From the NCBI GenBank assembly GCA_030704615.1, contig CM060732.1, forward strand, positions 69,068,001 to 69,132,000: a stretch of 64,000 nucleotides of DNA. Reading direction: 5' to 3'. Shown piece by piece: positions 22,383 to 34,200 of the stretch (position 1 is its first letter; every line of letters begins with the position of its first letter). The stretch is from Takakia lepidozioides. Its lineage: Eukaryota > Plantae > Bryophyta. The notes beneath the pieces are model-generated. The model was not told where the DNA came from and did not search any database. It saw only the letters and a program-made list of their open reading frames with translations. The translations under genes and the position numbers were made by a program.

Positions 22383-22489
22383 AGGAATCTATTTCCTGGA
22401 AGAGATCCCAACGGCCCACTAGCGAGGAGTTAGTTATCCAAATAAATCGCTAGGGGGCCGTTGGGATTTCTTCCAAGAAATAGATTCCT
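22383..22489. repeat. Hairpin with 43-bp stem (candidate small-RNA precursor or tiny MITE)
   Basis: Arms 22383-22425 and 22447-22489; 40/43 Watson-Crick pairs plus one G:U; 21-nt loop. Confidence 0.85.
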
Positions 22490-22770
22490 ATGTTTTACAT
22501 GCAGACAGCGTTGCTCAATATATCCACCAGTTAAGCTGTAAGTGAAACCTTATCTTGCTGTAAGTGAAGAGTCTTTTACTGCAAATGAGGCATTGATGTC
22601 GCATCAATTTTGTATTGTCCTAGAGCAAGTGGGTGCTGTCGTTGTTGGCGGCAAGTTCGCCATCCAACCCAATAATCCAAGCTCGAGGTCTGGAATGAAT
22701 CCAAACGAACGAGCTCAAGCGTTGGCATCTGAGAGAGTTGTACATTCTGACTTGGTGCTGTGGTTTGCTG

Positions 22771-22901
22771 GTAAGAAGCGATGCTTCTTAGTTGTCGAGA
22801 TGAAGCGACCATCTGTATTTAGGACAGCTGTGGATGCGGCAGTTCCAAGCTTGGAACAGATGGTGGCTTCATCTCGACAACTAAGAAGCGTCGCTTCTTA
22901 C
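22771..22901. repeat. Hairpin with 46-bp stem (candidate small-RNA precursor)
   Basis: Arms 22771-22816 and 22856-22901; 44/46 Watson-Crick pairs plus one G:U; 39-nt loop. Confidence 0.85.
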
Positions 22902-25649
22902 TCTTACGCAAGAAGCTTGAAACGCTTCTTACGCTGGGAAGATTGCAAGAGAGCTTATACAGCTGGAATACATGTCGAAACAGTTTTCTGGTTCTCAGTG
23001 GTTCCGTTCAAATGTAGGGGAAATCGGCATGGGGGGAATTGTGTCAGTTTCGGGGCAAGGTTTCGCAGCATGGAATGGAAGAAGGCGGAGGATCTGGCAG
23101 CTCATCTCTGCCCGCTTGACATGGAAACTTCTACACAGTTGAGAAGTATCAGAATTGAAATAGTTTGGTTTATGAGGAGCGCGGGAATAGGGATCCGATG
23201 TGGGAGGGAATCAGGACAGATGTGCCAGGCTAGACCAGGTCAGATTGGGTCGGGCGGGGCCGATGTTATTCATAATGACTGTTCTGAGCTATGAAGTATT
23301 GATTGAACATGTGAGCGAAGTTTACGGCTATACTCTCAAGGTGGTGGCATTGCCCGCTGTGTCACAATCGATGCCTGTCCAGCTGCTCACGCAAGGGTCT
23401 GTTCCCGCTACCCACGAAGACAATGGCTGAACGAAATGTGGTCTCATGGGACGCAATGATCAAATGATATGCTCAACACGGGTGTGTTGTTGAGTACATA
23501 TGCGTACGATTGCTATTCGCCAGTCTGCATTAGTTACTTACTGATAACTAAGCTAGGTAGTGCTCTTGAACTTTGCCGCTCATCCCTTATGGCTGTAGTT
23601 GCAGGTTGTAGGTGCAGTGTACAGTAGCAGCAGTGTGCTGTTGTTGCAGTATAATGGAATCATGAAGCATACCTAGGTCAATTACGAAGAAGGTTAGCAT
23701 ACGCAACTTAGAGAGGTTGGTGAATGAAAATGTATCTTGAGGAGTTGACCCTGCCAACTTCTCCCTCCCTCACCAGGTAACAAGTCTAGATCGCTTTAGA
23801 AGCAATCAGTGTACATAGGCTGTATTCACTGACCGAGTTCAGTACTCTCATCTGACCTACTCGAAACTACCACACTTCACTGAATCCGTGCAACAACAGC
23901 ACAGTGAGGAACTGTGAGTGTGGGAAAGTCCTGGGATTACAAACCCTTACACGTTGGGATGCATGCATGCCATTTCCCTACCTCGTTTCTGACAGACTTT
24001 TCTCGACACTTGATTTGTCGTATACTTGTTGAACAGCCTTCACAGATACCTGTTTAATTCCTGGGGCCACGTCTTATAGTACATTTATCTCAGCTGCCAA
24101 CCCTCACCAACTTGAGCTCGATGGAGTTGGGCAAGTTCTGTCCTTGTGTCAGGTACATGAGCTCGTCCATGTTGTTGTAGCCTACTGGCAGCTAAGGTCT
24201 TCACAGTTGAGAAGGAAACATCGTCAGCAGTAGATGCGAAGTTTCATGACAAGTCAAATTCGTTTCATTAGACATCATATTATGTGCAAGTAGGTACGAA
24301 GCAGGTGCTATGCCGAGGGGTGCTTCGTGCATGTGAAAATGCTAACATGGACCTACTGGCTGGTGTTAACAGTGCATTGATGGATTGCATTGGTTTCAAG
24401 AGGTGTTGCCTTTGGGGTAAGCTTCAAATATTGGGTCTTGGCTCTCTTCTTAAAATCCTCTTCTCCGTTGAAAGCCATGACTTATCTAGGCACCTGGTAA
24501 GCATCTGTAGCCCACATGAGTTTGATGAGTTGAAAAACCATGTCAGGATGGCTGTGGATGTGATGCAATATGGGAGTCCAGTGGGTGATTGTTTTTTACT
24601 TCATGTCACAATTTTTATCTGGTTTTGAGAATACTTCAGTTCACATGTGGGGTTTGTTGAGATGTACAGCTCGATTTGCAGCGGAATGAAGTTATTGCGT
24701 TGTTGAATCTCCTTTCAAGATTATCGGAGGCTCTGGAATTGGTGCATGAAATGGCAGCCATGGTGAAGATGGATTCACCATCAAGTGTCACCACCTCCAT
24801 CTCCACTGGGGCTCAGTTCTTCCAAATGAGAGTGAGAGTAGATGGTTGCAACAAGATGGTGATGGGTCTATCAGGAGTTTCAAAGTTTGTTTGGGCAGTT
24901 TCAAGTTTAGCTGCCCTCCACAAAGTGTTATTTATATCATTCTTTCAAATGGAGTAATTCAGCATAAGTTTTGACCTTAAGTTGGTTTTGGATTGACAAC
25001 TCAGAGGGGAGGGGTTGTCAAGTCCTTCCCAATGCACTAGTGTACAATAGTGACGTGGTGTGCCTCTTGGAAGATTTAGAGCATACAGAGCATCTTCTGG
25101 TAATGCAAGGTTATTCTTTTGCACTCCCCAAATTGCTGTCACTTTCAAGGAAGCATCATTATATCTATACAAAAAGTGCGTTCTACAACTTGCAAACTAG
25201 CTGAGGTTAGTGAGTTGATAATCCAAGTGTGAGATTCCCTTGAGAAACTCTAATTTAGGCCAAATTTATGCTGACTTGCTAGTGCTTATCTGTGACTTGT
25301 CAAGGGAAATGTGTCTGGACACAGCCTTTCTTGAAATCAAATTTCTAAAAAGATTCAGGAAAGAGGAGCTATATCAAGAGTTTCTTTGAGAGAGGTCTGT
25401 TCCAGCTCCTTCCCCCTTGGAATATATGTTAGTAAGTTTCACACGTTCCTAGTCAAAGACACTACGGAAGACAAATGAGCGGCAACTGGTGGAGAGGACT
25501 ACAATCTCAAAATTTGCACTCAAATGCAACATCACGCACAGTTCAGGACGGAAAGGTGAAGCTTTCTAGCTTTCGACCAGAAACTAAGCTTTGTAAGCTC
25601 AAAGCTGAATCTTCCAGGTAGTAACAAATGAGCTTTCTACCAGAAACAT

Positions 25650-26195
25650 TCGACGCACATCTTTTATGCCCCTGCACTTGGCATACATGTGAACAAGGGC
25701 AGTGCCTAGAATGTCTGGCACAATTCCAGCTTAGGCATCATGGACCTCTGTGCCGTTTTTCAGTGCTCCTACTAATGCACATGCATTGAGCATGCAAATG
25801 AATGTGACCCTGTCGGGGATCACCCCTCGACATAGCATTTGCTCATACATCTACAAAGCTTTCCTACCACAGCCATGCTGACAATATCCTGTTATCAAGG
25901 CATTCCATGAGACCATATCCCTGTTACCCATTTTGTCAAAGACTTGCCGTGCATCTTTTAGGCTCCCGCATTGGGCATAGACGTCAGTCAGGGCAGTCTC
26001 CAGAGTGACATCTGGTGCAATTCCAGCTAATATGATGTCAGCATGGACGTCTCTGACCTTTAATATGTCTCCTTGGCTACTGCATGCAGTGAGAGCACAA
26101 ATAAAGGTGACCTTGTTGGGCATAACCCCTTCCCAGATCATTGCTCATAGATCTCGAAAGCCTCCCTACCACACCCGTGCTGGGCATATCATTTG
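25650..26195 (-). pseudogene. Degenerate PLS-class PPR fragment
   Basis: PNKVTFICALTAC...ETALTDVYAQCGSLKDARQVFDKMGNRDMVSWNALITGY, a stop at 25851, then further broken L and S motifs. Confidence 0.8.
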
Positions 26196-26370
26196 ATCAT
26201 TGAGTTCCATGAAACCACATTTCGTTCAGCCATTTTGTCGTCAATCCATTCATTGACAATGAAAAGATACCATTCAAAAGCTTTCATAGTATTAGGACCT
26301 GGATGACCCAGCCCCGAACCCAACACTGTCATGCGCACACGAATTCAAATAGAAGAGGTTTAGACATTAC

Positions 26371-26780
26371 CTTCCCATTGATCATACTTAAAGGTGATCC
26401 CATGATCTTCTTACATGTTTCCTCCTCGTTTCCTCAAACACCTCATGAATAGGCGTATTGAGTATCATTAGTTCAAGGCTGGTCCACCTTCAAACCTAGA
26501 TTCATTTTCTTCTATCACAAACGACACCCACCTGAAATAGTATTTGATGTCAAAATCGAGCTTCCTACCAATACGTTTGGCACAAGCGCACCCGGCAAGC
26601 AAATAGTCTTTCCCAGTTGCTGTGAAAATGCGGCCCCACAGGGCAAGGCTCATCAAGGGGCCTGCATCAGTCTTTTTCACTGTGAGAGATATGTCCAGAC
26701 CTGCTCTATGCTCTGATGGGACTACGTCGCATCCTGAGCGTCAAATTGTTGTCCACGACAAGGCTCTATATATCCACTTT
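26371..26780 (-). pseudogene. RSPH9: Radial spoke head protein 9-like 5' fragment
   Basis: Extending the ORF upstream gives SGCDVVPSEHRAGLDISLTVKKTDAGPLMSLALWGRIFTATGKDYLLA...DIKYYF, collinear with the Chlamydomonas RSP9 N-terminus as recalled. GT donor at 26531. In-frame TGA or frameshift at 26741-26743; no intact downstream exons seen. Confidence 0.65.
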
Positions 26781-27555
26781 ACTCTCCGATGCGCTCAAAG
26801 CTTTCACCCACTTGCACAGGCTAGGGCGCGGTATGATCCATACATTGAGTTGGAAGTTGAGAGCGAGAAGGGCAGCAGTGCAACCAGACTTTGCAGCTCT
26901 GCTTCCTTCCTTGCTGCATCCAAGCCACCACCGTGCAGACTGCAGACTGGCGAGGTGGTTACCGTGTCACCGCTCCGTGACAAATCCACCGTTGATGGAT
27001 GAAAGTGGATGAACAGTCCCGACTAAATCCTCTATGAGCCTGAAAGGATAATGATGCTGGGCACATTTAAAAGACTTGTTGTGTTGTGACAGTCCGCAGG
27101 TCCCAGTGATGACCTATTAAATCTTGGCTACAAGTATCATATGTATTGTATGTGCATTGACATGGCCTGCAACCCACTGTGCATGACTTCACAGACGATT
27201 GGGAATCCAGAAAATATGAACTTCATTAAGTAATTACCAGCACGGTGCAACCTTCAGCTGGCATAGTGTATCACAATGTCATCCACTTCTGTAAAGGAAT
27301 CCAGATATTGGCTATCACTGGAGAGACATGTTTCTACCTGTCTATCCAAACTTGCTAGTGATATCTAGTATTTGAGATTTTTATTTTGAACAGCTCGCCA
27401 CAGACTCCTCAGCGCCATGATCTGATTCAAGACAGTCATACAATATACAAAATCAGACTTCACTTGCATCATAACTTTGAATCCTCATCAATAAGCCGCA
27501 ATCAGCAAAGTGATGACAAACCTGGTGTTAAGCGGCGAAGAAGAGTGAGGGCTGA

Positions 27556-28062
27556 TCAAGGATCCCAGCCTGTGTAGAATTCATATTGGTTTGTGGCGGC
27601 ATACTGGGTCCACAGGAATCCTCCTTGACGGACCTCCCAAAAGCACTGTTCGCAAGCTAGTGCGTCGAAGTTGCTCATCACCCCATTCCAGATGATGAAT
27701 TGAGCCTTATGGTCCATCCAGGTGAAGCTACAGGTCCACGATGCCACGTGATGCAAGTCTATCGGCGCAAAGGTCCACGAATATGTATTATCGTAATGAA
27801 TCACTTGCTCCCCATGGGGATCAGGCTGCAAGAAATCAGAATAGCAGCTAACTGAGACATCCGACAATGGTTCAGGCGAATATGGTTCCATGGGCTGGCT
27901 CATGAACCCGTCTGCGATCTTGTTTACGATGGTAATGGTCACTTGGTTGCTGTATGGAACATCACCCTGCACATGGTCGACCATGGCTAGCAGCATTAGA
28001 CCCACCACCAGTACCACCAGGCCCACACTCACAGTTCTCTTCATCTCTCTCGGCCTCCTCAT
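27556..28062 (-). CDS. S-protein homolog (SPH, plant self-incompatibility S1 family), secreted
   Basis: ATG at 28062 or 28044, hydrophobic signal peptide, then ITIVNKI...VSCYS...YSWTF...WTCSFTW...FIIW...CEQCFWEVRQGGF with the four-Cys SPH pattern; single exon. Confidence 0.75.
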   Translation of the reverse strand: MRRPREMKRTVSVGLVVLVVGLMLLAMVDHVQGDVPYSNQVTITIVNKIADGFMSQPMEPYSPEPLSDVSVSCYSDFLQPDPHGEQVIHYDNTYSWTFAPIDLHHVASWTCSFTWMDHKAQFIIWNGVMSNFDALACEQCFWEVRQGGFLWTQYAATNQYEFYTGWDP

Positions 28063-28269
28063 CCTCCTCCCACAGTTACTCACCACCTCACCTCCACCAA
28101 CAGCTGGTGCCGCTCAGCACTTGGGCCCCCACAAATGAAACACCATACACAAACTAGGAGAGAAATGAAAATATGAAATAAAATGGAGCTTGAAACTTGT
28201 GCAGAAAGCTCAAAGAGCTTATGGACAAAATGAAAGCAAGAAACAAGAAGGAATCATAACCAAAGAGCG

Positions 28270-29043
28270 GAGCCAGAAATAGCAGTCCAAAACAACTACT
28301 GCTCAAGGATTTCCCTAAGGGTCAAAGCTAAGTGCAGACAGAGTGCAGAAAAGCTGCCAAGAGAGAGGAAGAGGAGACGAGACGGATGGAGGACGCCAGC
28401 GCCAATCTGAGAGATGTGGGAGAGAGAGGGAGGAGGGACATATATATACAGTGTGCGTGTGCTGTGAAGGAAGGACCCTCGGTGGGAAAGAAGGATGGGA
28501 GAGGAGCCTCGGTGGCGTATATATACAGTGTGTGCTGTAATGAAAGGAGCCTCCGTGGGAAAGAAGCATGGGAGAGAAGGATCGAGAGCCTTGGTGGGAG
28601 AGAAGCATGGGAGAGAAGGAGCCTCGGTGGGCGCATATATAAAGGAAGGAGCCTGGGTGGGAGAGAAGGAGCCTCGGTGGAGAGAAGGAGCCTCGCTGGT
28701 AGAGATCGTGTGTGATCTCTAGAAAATATACATCTACTTCTGCTGTAATTAATATGGAATATGATCAGTTAGTAAGTTGAACTTGTTGTTGGGGTTGATT
28801 CAGAAGAATGTGCAGAGAATATGCCATCCAATATTCTAGATAAAGAATTGAGCCAAGTCTTCTACCTATTATGCCCAAATTTGCATCTTCTCTGATCCTA
28901 GTACTTAAAACTACAGGTGCCTGAAGAATCTTATTAGGTGATGACTCGAAGCAGAAATGGTTTGGTGTATCATGGAGCCTCGCGCCGAGAGCATAATATG
29001 AGCCAAATGGTCTTGCTTGTGATCTGAATGCATTTCTCATATC
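28270..29043. repeat. SPH upstream region with GGAGCCTCGGTGG minisatellite; diverged direct copy at about 54807-55399
   Basis: Collinear shared blocks (CAACTACTGCTCAAG, GCAGAAAAGCTGCC, AATATGCCATCCAATATTCTAGAT, CATTTCTCATATC) in both places. Confidence 0.85.
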
Positions 29044-29939
29044 ATAACACCCGCCTTGGTGCCTGTGGACTCGTTCATGTTAGCTACCAATATGGACCCC
29101 TACTCTGTCAGTCCGAAACTTCAAAAGTGCCACCAGGAATGTTCAAGAGATCCAAATGGCGAGGCATTAGGGAGGCATTAAGGGCTTGGACCTACAATGC
29201 AGCCCACTAGATCCTAGTATTCGTGTACAGATTTGTGTCACAATACCAAAGAGTATATCTAGGGACAGAGCGACGGCTCTCTCTCAATCACTCTGTGCAT
29301 GATACTGCGATGCCCATCGTTGATCGAAGAGCGGCTGAGGGAGAAAGTGGTTCATCACGAGCACACTTTGATTTCTGTTCAGGGAAGTTTTAGATGGAAG
29401 TCATTTTAAGTAAGACTTTCTTCCCTGATTACATAGAGAAACTATTTTTCAAAACTTCCACTAGTTGAAGGGCCGGGCAACTTTTCAGCAGTTCACCCTG
29501 GATGGAAGCAAGATGACCCCTCAAGTTTCAAATTGCTTTGGACATTAAGACTTTCTTTCCTTTCTCAAGTTTACAGTCTTTTGAACTCACAATGTCAGAA
29601 GGCTGTACCTTGTAAATAACCATGGTCAAGATTTGTGGCTTGACATGAGTGCATTGCCATATAAGTGCAAATGAAGGAAATGAAGATGCATTGAGGACAG
29701 GTTATACAAACAACAGCATCCCGTGGCTGATGGCCAGTCCACCATGACGGAGGAACATATCCATTCAAAGATCAATTGAACCAATGACCATGGGCATTAT
29801 CTTCCAGATGAATTTGAAGCTCAAGATTGACACAAGAATCATTATGATATTGAGCATGAAAGGCATCCCATTCAGTGCAGAGAATGAGGGATAATCACCA
29901 AACACAGCATCCTCTGCAATATAAACAGTCTAGTTTTCT

Positions 29940-30520
29940 ACATTCTTCACATCTGAATCCACTCAATAGCAGTCATGAATTACTTGGTGACACCCTTCCC
30001 AAAGCTGTCCTGCCCTGTCCTGTGAAAGGCTGCACGCACACATCACATCCATCAACATCACACTTCTAGACAGGGCAGCTCTTCGAGCTTAGCACAAAAC
30101 TTCTGATAGCCAAAGTACTTGGACTACAATTGTAAAGGGTGAGCAACCCTAGCCAAAAATTCACATTGTACGATGACATAGGAGGGGAAATGGATGGTGA
30201 ATGGTGGAAGCACATCCAGAGATGCTCCATTGAATAGTCAGCCTGCTCCCCTTATCATATTGTTGGGAAGCGTAGTAAGCATCCTGCGTCAATGCATGAG
30301 ACAATGATGGTGGTCATGCAAGCATCCTTCCTCCTCACACTTACCAGCCTTCTCAAAAGTCGAACAACTCCACAAATTGCAAGTCTGCTTCAATCTTATC
30401 AAATTTTTGTTGGAAGCTAGCGAAGAACATACAGTAAGCAAAAGGAGTCAGAGGTTGCTTTCAATCTCCTACATATAAACATACAAAATGATGCAGTCAG
30501 TGGATCCTGCTAGTAACGCG
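29940..30520. repeat. Diverged repeat of about 570 bp; inverted copy at about 37330-37895
   Basis: For example GATGACATAGGAGGGGAAATGGATGGTGAATG (about 30172) vs CATTCACCATCCATTTCCCCTCCTATGTCATC (about 37677), with collinear flanking blocks. Confidence 0.85.
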
Positions 30521-31230
30521 TCCTCCAGCTAATCCCACACTTGCATTATTTGTCAGCTCCAGTGAACACCAAATTAACACTCCACTAATGGGCATCTGGA
30601 ATACTTGCCTTCAACAAAATATCCGGAGTTTGATGTCCAAAAAAATAATCAGTGCACCACGGGGACAGTACAGGTAGTATGACAAAATGAAAGAGACCAG
30701 TAGGAGCCTAAGTACTAGACATGTCTATGGTCACAAAAGGTTTGATGTGTACAGAGTATGGCCTGAGATCACATACAGTTTGGGAAAGAAATCAGGGGAT
30801 AGCAAATGATGATCCACGCATACATGTCTTCGCAGATTATGTGAAGATGATCCTCTGCCTGGTCCGGTACCCTGCCTGTGCAGGAAATGTAAGAACTCGC
30901 TCTCTGCCTCGGTATTTGTTCGAGATGTAACTGTGCAGTCCAATGACAGCCACGTGTCAAGCAGGTGGCAAAATTAGGAGCTAAAGCAGCAGTGCAATTA
31001 GTTTTGCTGGCATTATCTGGACCAGCTTGTGACCAGATCGTTGGGTGTGCATGAGCATATCACAATTTCAAGGCTTGGTTTTCCACCTCCTCGTGGGTCG
31101 ACACCACAATTGGCTCTTGGAGTTGATATGCCACTGACGAAACACCCTGAACAGTATGTCATGACCAACAGTCCCAGAGAACGGTGAATGCACCATGCAA
31201 GAAGACACTGAAACTTACCAGAATTGATGT

Positions 31231-34200
31231 TCACCAATACTCCCCACAAGAACAAGCCCCATGTTCGAAGTGGTGAAAGCGGTTTGCATCCCGTACAATA
31301 ATAGCTCGCCCAACAATCTTTGAGATGAACTTGGTGGCTGTGTGGCAGTCACCACACACCCGAAGGTTCTTCACAACCCGGAGAGGTGTTCCAGGGGCTG
31401 TGCTGATGAGCCCAAAAGCAATGGCCAGCTTCTCACTATGTTGGCCAAGAGAAAATTCCTTTCTTTCCTCCTCCACATCATGCAATACAAAGCGCGTGTC
31501 AGGCATGTACCCTGCCTCCTTCATCTGTCCGGACAATCTTCTCAGTTCAGCATGGATTTCCTCAATTTGTGGATGCGATTTGTCACCTACAACGAAGGTG
31601 TGCACCCCTTTGCCAACCTCAATGCAGGAGTGACCTGGCTCCTTTCTGACACCTCTGACCTTCATCATTTTTCTTACCTTTGCTGTATCCTCCCACCTGC
31701 CAGCTGCGGCATAGATGTTTGATAGCAACACATAAGTTGCAGCATCCTGTTGATCCACCTTGAGAATAGATCTTGCCACACGTTCTGCCACCTCCACATT
31801 CCCATGAATTCTGCAGGCACCAAGTAAGGCCCTCCACACAAGAACATCGGGTTTGATTGGCATCTTGTCAATGAAGTCCTCTGCCTCATCCAATTGCCCC
31901 GCACGTCCAAGAAGGTCCACCATACAGCTGAAGTGCTCCACTGTCGGAGTATGATGTTGATTCAAGGAATGAAAGTAGTGTCTGCCTTCATCCACAAGAC
32001 CAACATGGCTACACACAGAGAGAGCACATATAAAGGTGACACTGTCTGGCTTCAAGCCCTTCTTTTTCATTCCTTCAAACAGTTGCAGGGCCTCCCTATG
32101 ACGACCATGCTGGGCATATCCTGCGATCATCGCATTCCATGATACCACATCTTGTTCAGCCATATTGTCAAACACTCCCTTTGCATCCTCCATGCTCCCG
32201 CATTTGGCATACATGTCCACGAGGGCAGTGTCCAGAATGATATCTGATACAATTCCAGCTTTCATGATGTCAGCATGGACCCCTTTGCCCTTTTCCAGGG
32301 CTGCCAGCTTGGCACATGCATTGCAAATGCAAACGAACGTGACCTGGTTGGGCTTGACCCCTTCCTGCATCATTTGCTCATAGGTCTCCAAAGCCTCCAT
32401 CCCACACCCATTTTGGGTATATCCTGCAATCATCACACTCCATGACACCACATTTCGTTCTGCCATATTACTGAACACTCCCTTTGCATCCTCCATACTC
32501 CCACATTTGGCATACATGTCCATGAGGGTAGTGTCTAAGATGATGTTTGACTCAATTCCAGCTCTCATGATGTCAGCATGGACATTTCTGCCCATTTCCA
32601 GGATTACCAGGTCAGCACACGCATTGCAAACAGAAACGAATGTGACCTGGTTCGGCTTCACCCCTTGTGAGATCATTTGCTCGTAGGTCTCCAAAGCTTC
32701 CATCCCGCACCCATGCTGGACATATCCTGCGATCATCACACTCCATGACACCACATTTTTTTCAGCCATATTGTCAAACACCCCCTTTGCATCCTCCATG
32801 CTCCCGCATTTCGCATACATGTCCACGAGCGTCGTGTCCAAAGTGATATTTGGCACAATTCCGGCTTTCATGATGTCAGCATGGACCTCTTTGCCTTTTT
32901 CAAGAGCTGCCAGGCTGGCACAAGCACAGCAAACACAAACAAATGTGACCAGGTCGGGCTTTACCCCTTCCCGCATCATCTGCTCATAGGTCTCCAAAGC
33001 CTCCATCCCACATCCCTGCTGGGTATATCCCGCAATCATCACACTCCATGACACCACATCTCTTTCAGCCATATTGTCAAACACCCTCTTTGCATCCTTC
33101 ATGCTCCCGCATTTGGCATACATGTCCACAAGGGCAGTCTCCAAATTGATAGTTGGCACAATTCCAGCTCTCATGATGTCGGCATGGACCTCTTTACCTT
33201 TTTCCAGGGCCGCTAGGCTGGTGCACACACTGCAGACGCAAATGAAAGTGACCTGGTCGGGCTTCACGTGTTCCCGCGTCATGTGCTCATAGGTCTCCAA
33301 AGCATCCATCCCACGCCCATGCTGGGCATATCCTGCAATCATCACACTCCATGACACCACATCTCTTTCAGCCATATTGTCAAACACTCCCTTTGCATCC
33401 TCCATGCTCCCGCATTTGGCATACATGTTCACAAGGGCAGTGCCCAGAATTACATCTGGTACAATTCTGGCTTTTATGATGCCGACATGGACATCTTTGC
33501 CCTTTTTCAAGGCTGCCAGCTTGGCACACGCATTGCATACACAAACAAATGTGACCTGGTCAGGCTTCACCCCTTCCTGCGTCATTTGCTCATAGGCCTC
33601 CAAAGCCTCTACTCCATACCCATGCTTGGCATATCCTGCAATCATTGCATTCCATGTCACAACATTTCGTTCAGGCATGTTGTTGAACACTCCCTTTGCA
33701 TCACTGATGCTACCACATTTTGCATACATGTCCACAAGGGCAGTGTCCAGAATGACATTTGGTACAATTCCAGCTTTTATGATGTCAGCATGGACCTCCT
33801 TTCCTTTCTCAAGGGCTGCCAGGCTGGCACACGCCTTGAGAACACAAGTGAATGTAACCTGGTCTGGCATTACCCGTTCCTGTATCATCTGATCATAGGT
33901 CTCAAGGGCATTCCCACCACGTCCATGCTTGGTATATCCTGCCATCATTATAGTCCAAGAAAACATATTTCGTTTAGGCATTTTGTGAAACACTTGGTGA
34001 GCATCCATGATGCTCCCACACTTGACATACATGTTGACAAGGGTGTTGTGTAGAAACACATTTGGCTTCAATCCACTTTGGATAATGTGGTCGTGCACTT
34101 GCTTTCCCACTGCTAGGCGTTTTATCTTGATGCATTTTTGCAAGAGACAGACATAAGTATCGTTGTCTGCCAGAATGCCTTCTTGGTTCAAAATGTACAG

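Noticed and set aside
23280-24957. Exon-like pieces including LQRNEVIALLNLLSRLSEALELV
   Set aside because: Probably a degraded gene, but I could not build a consistent model or name the family.
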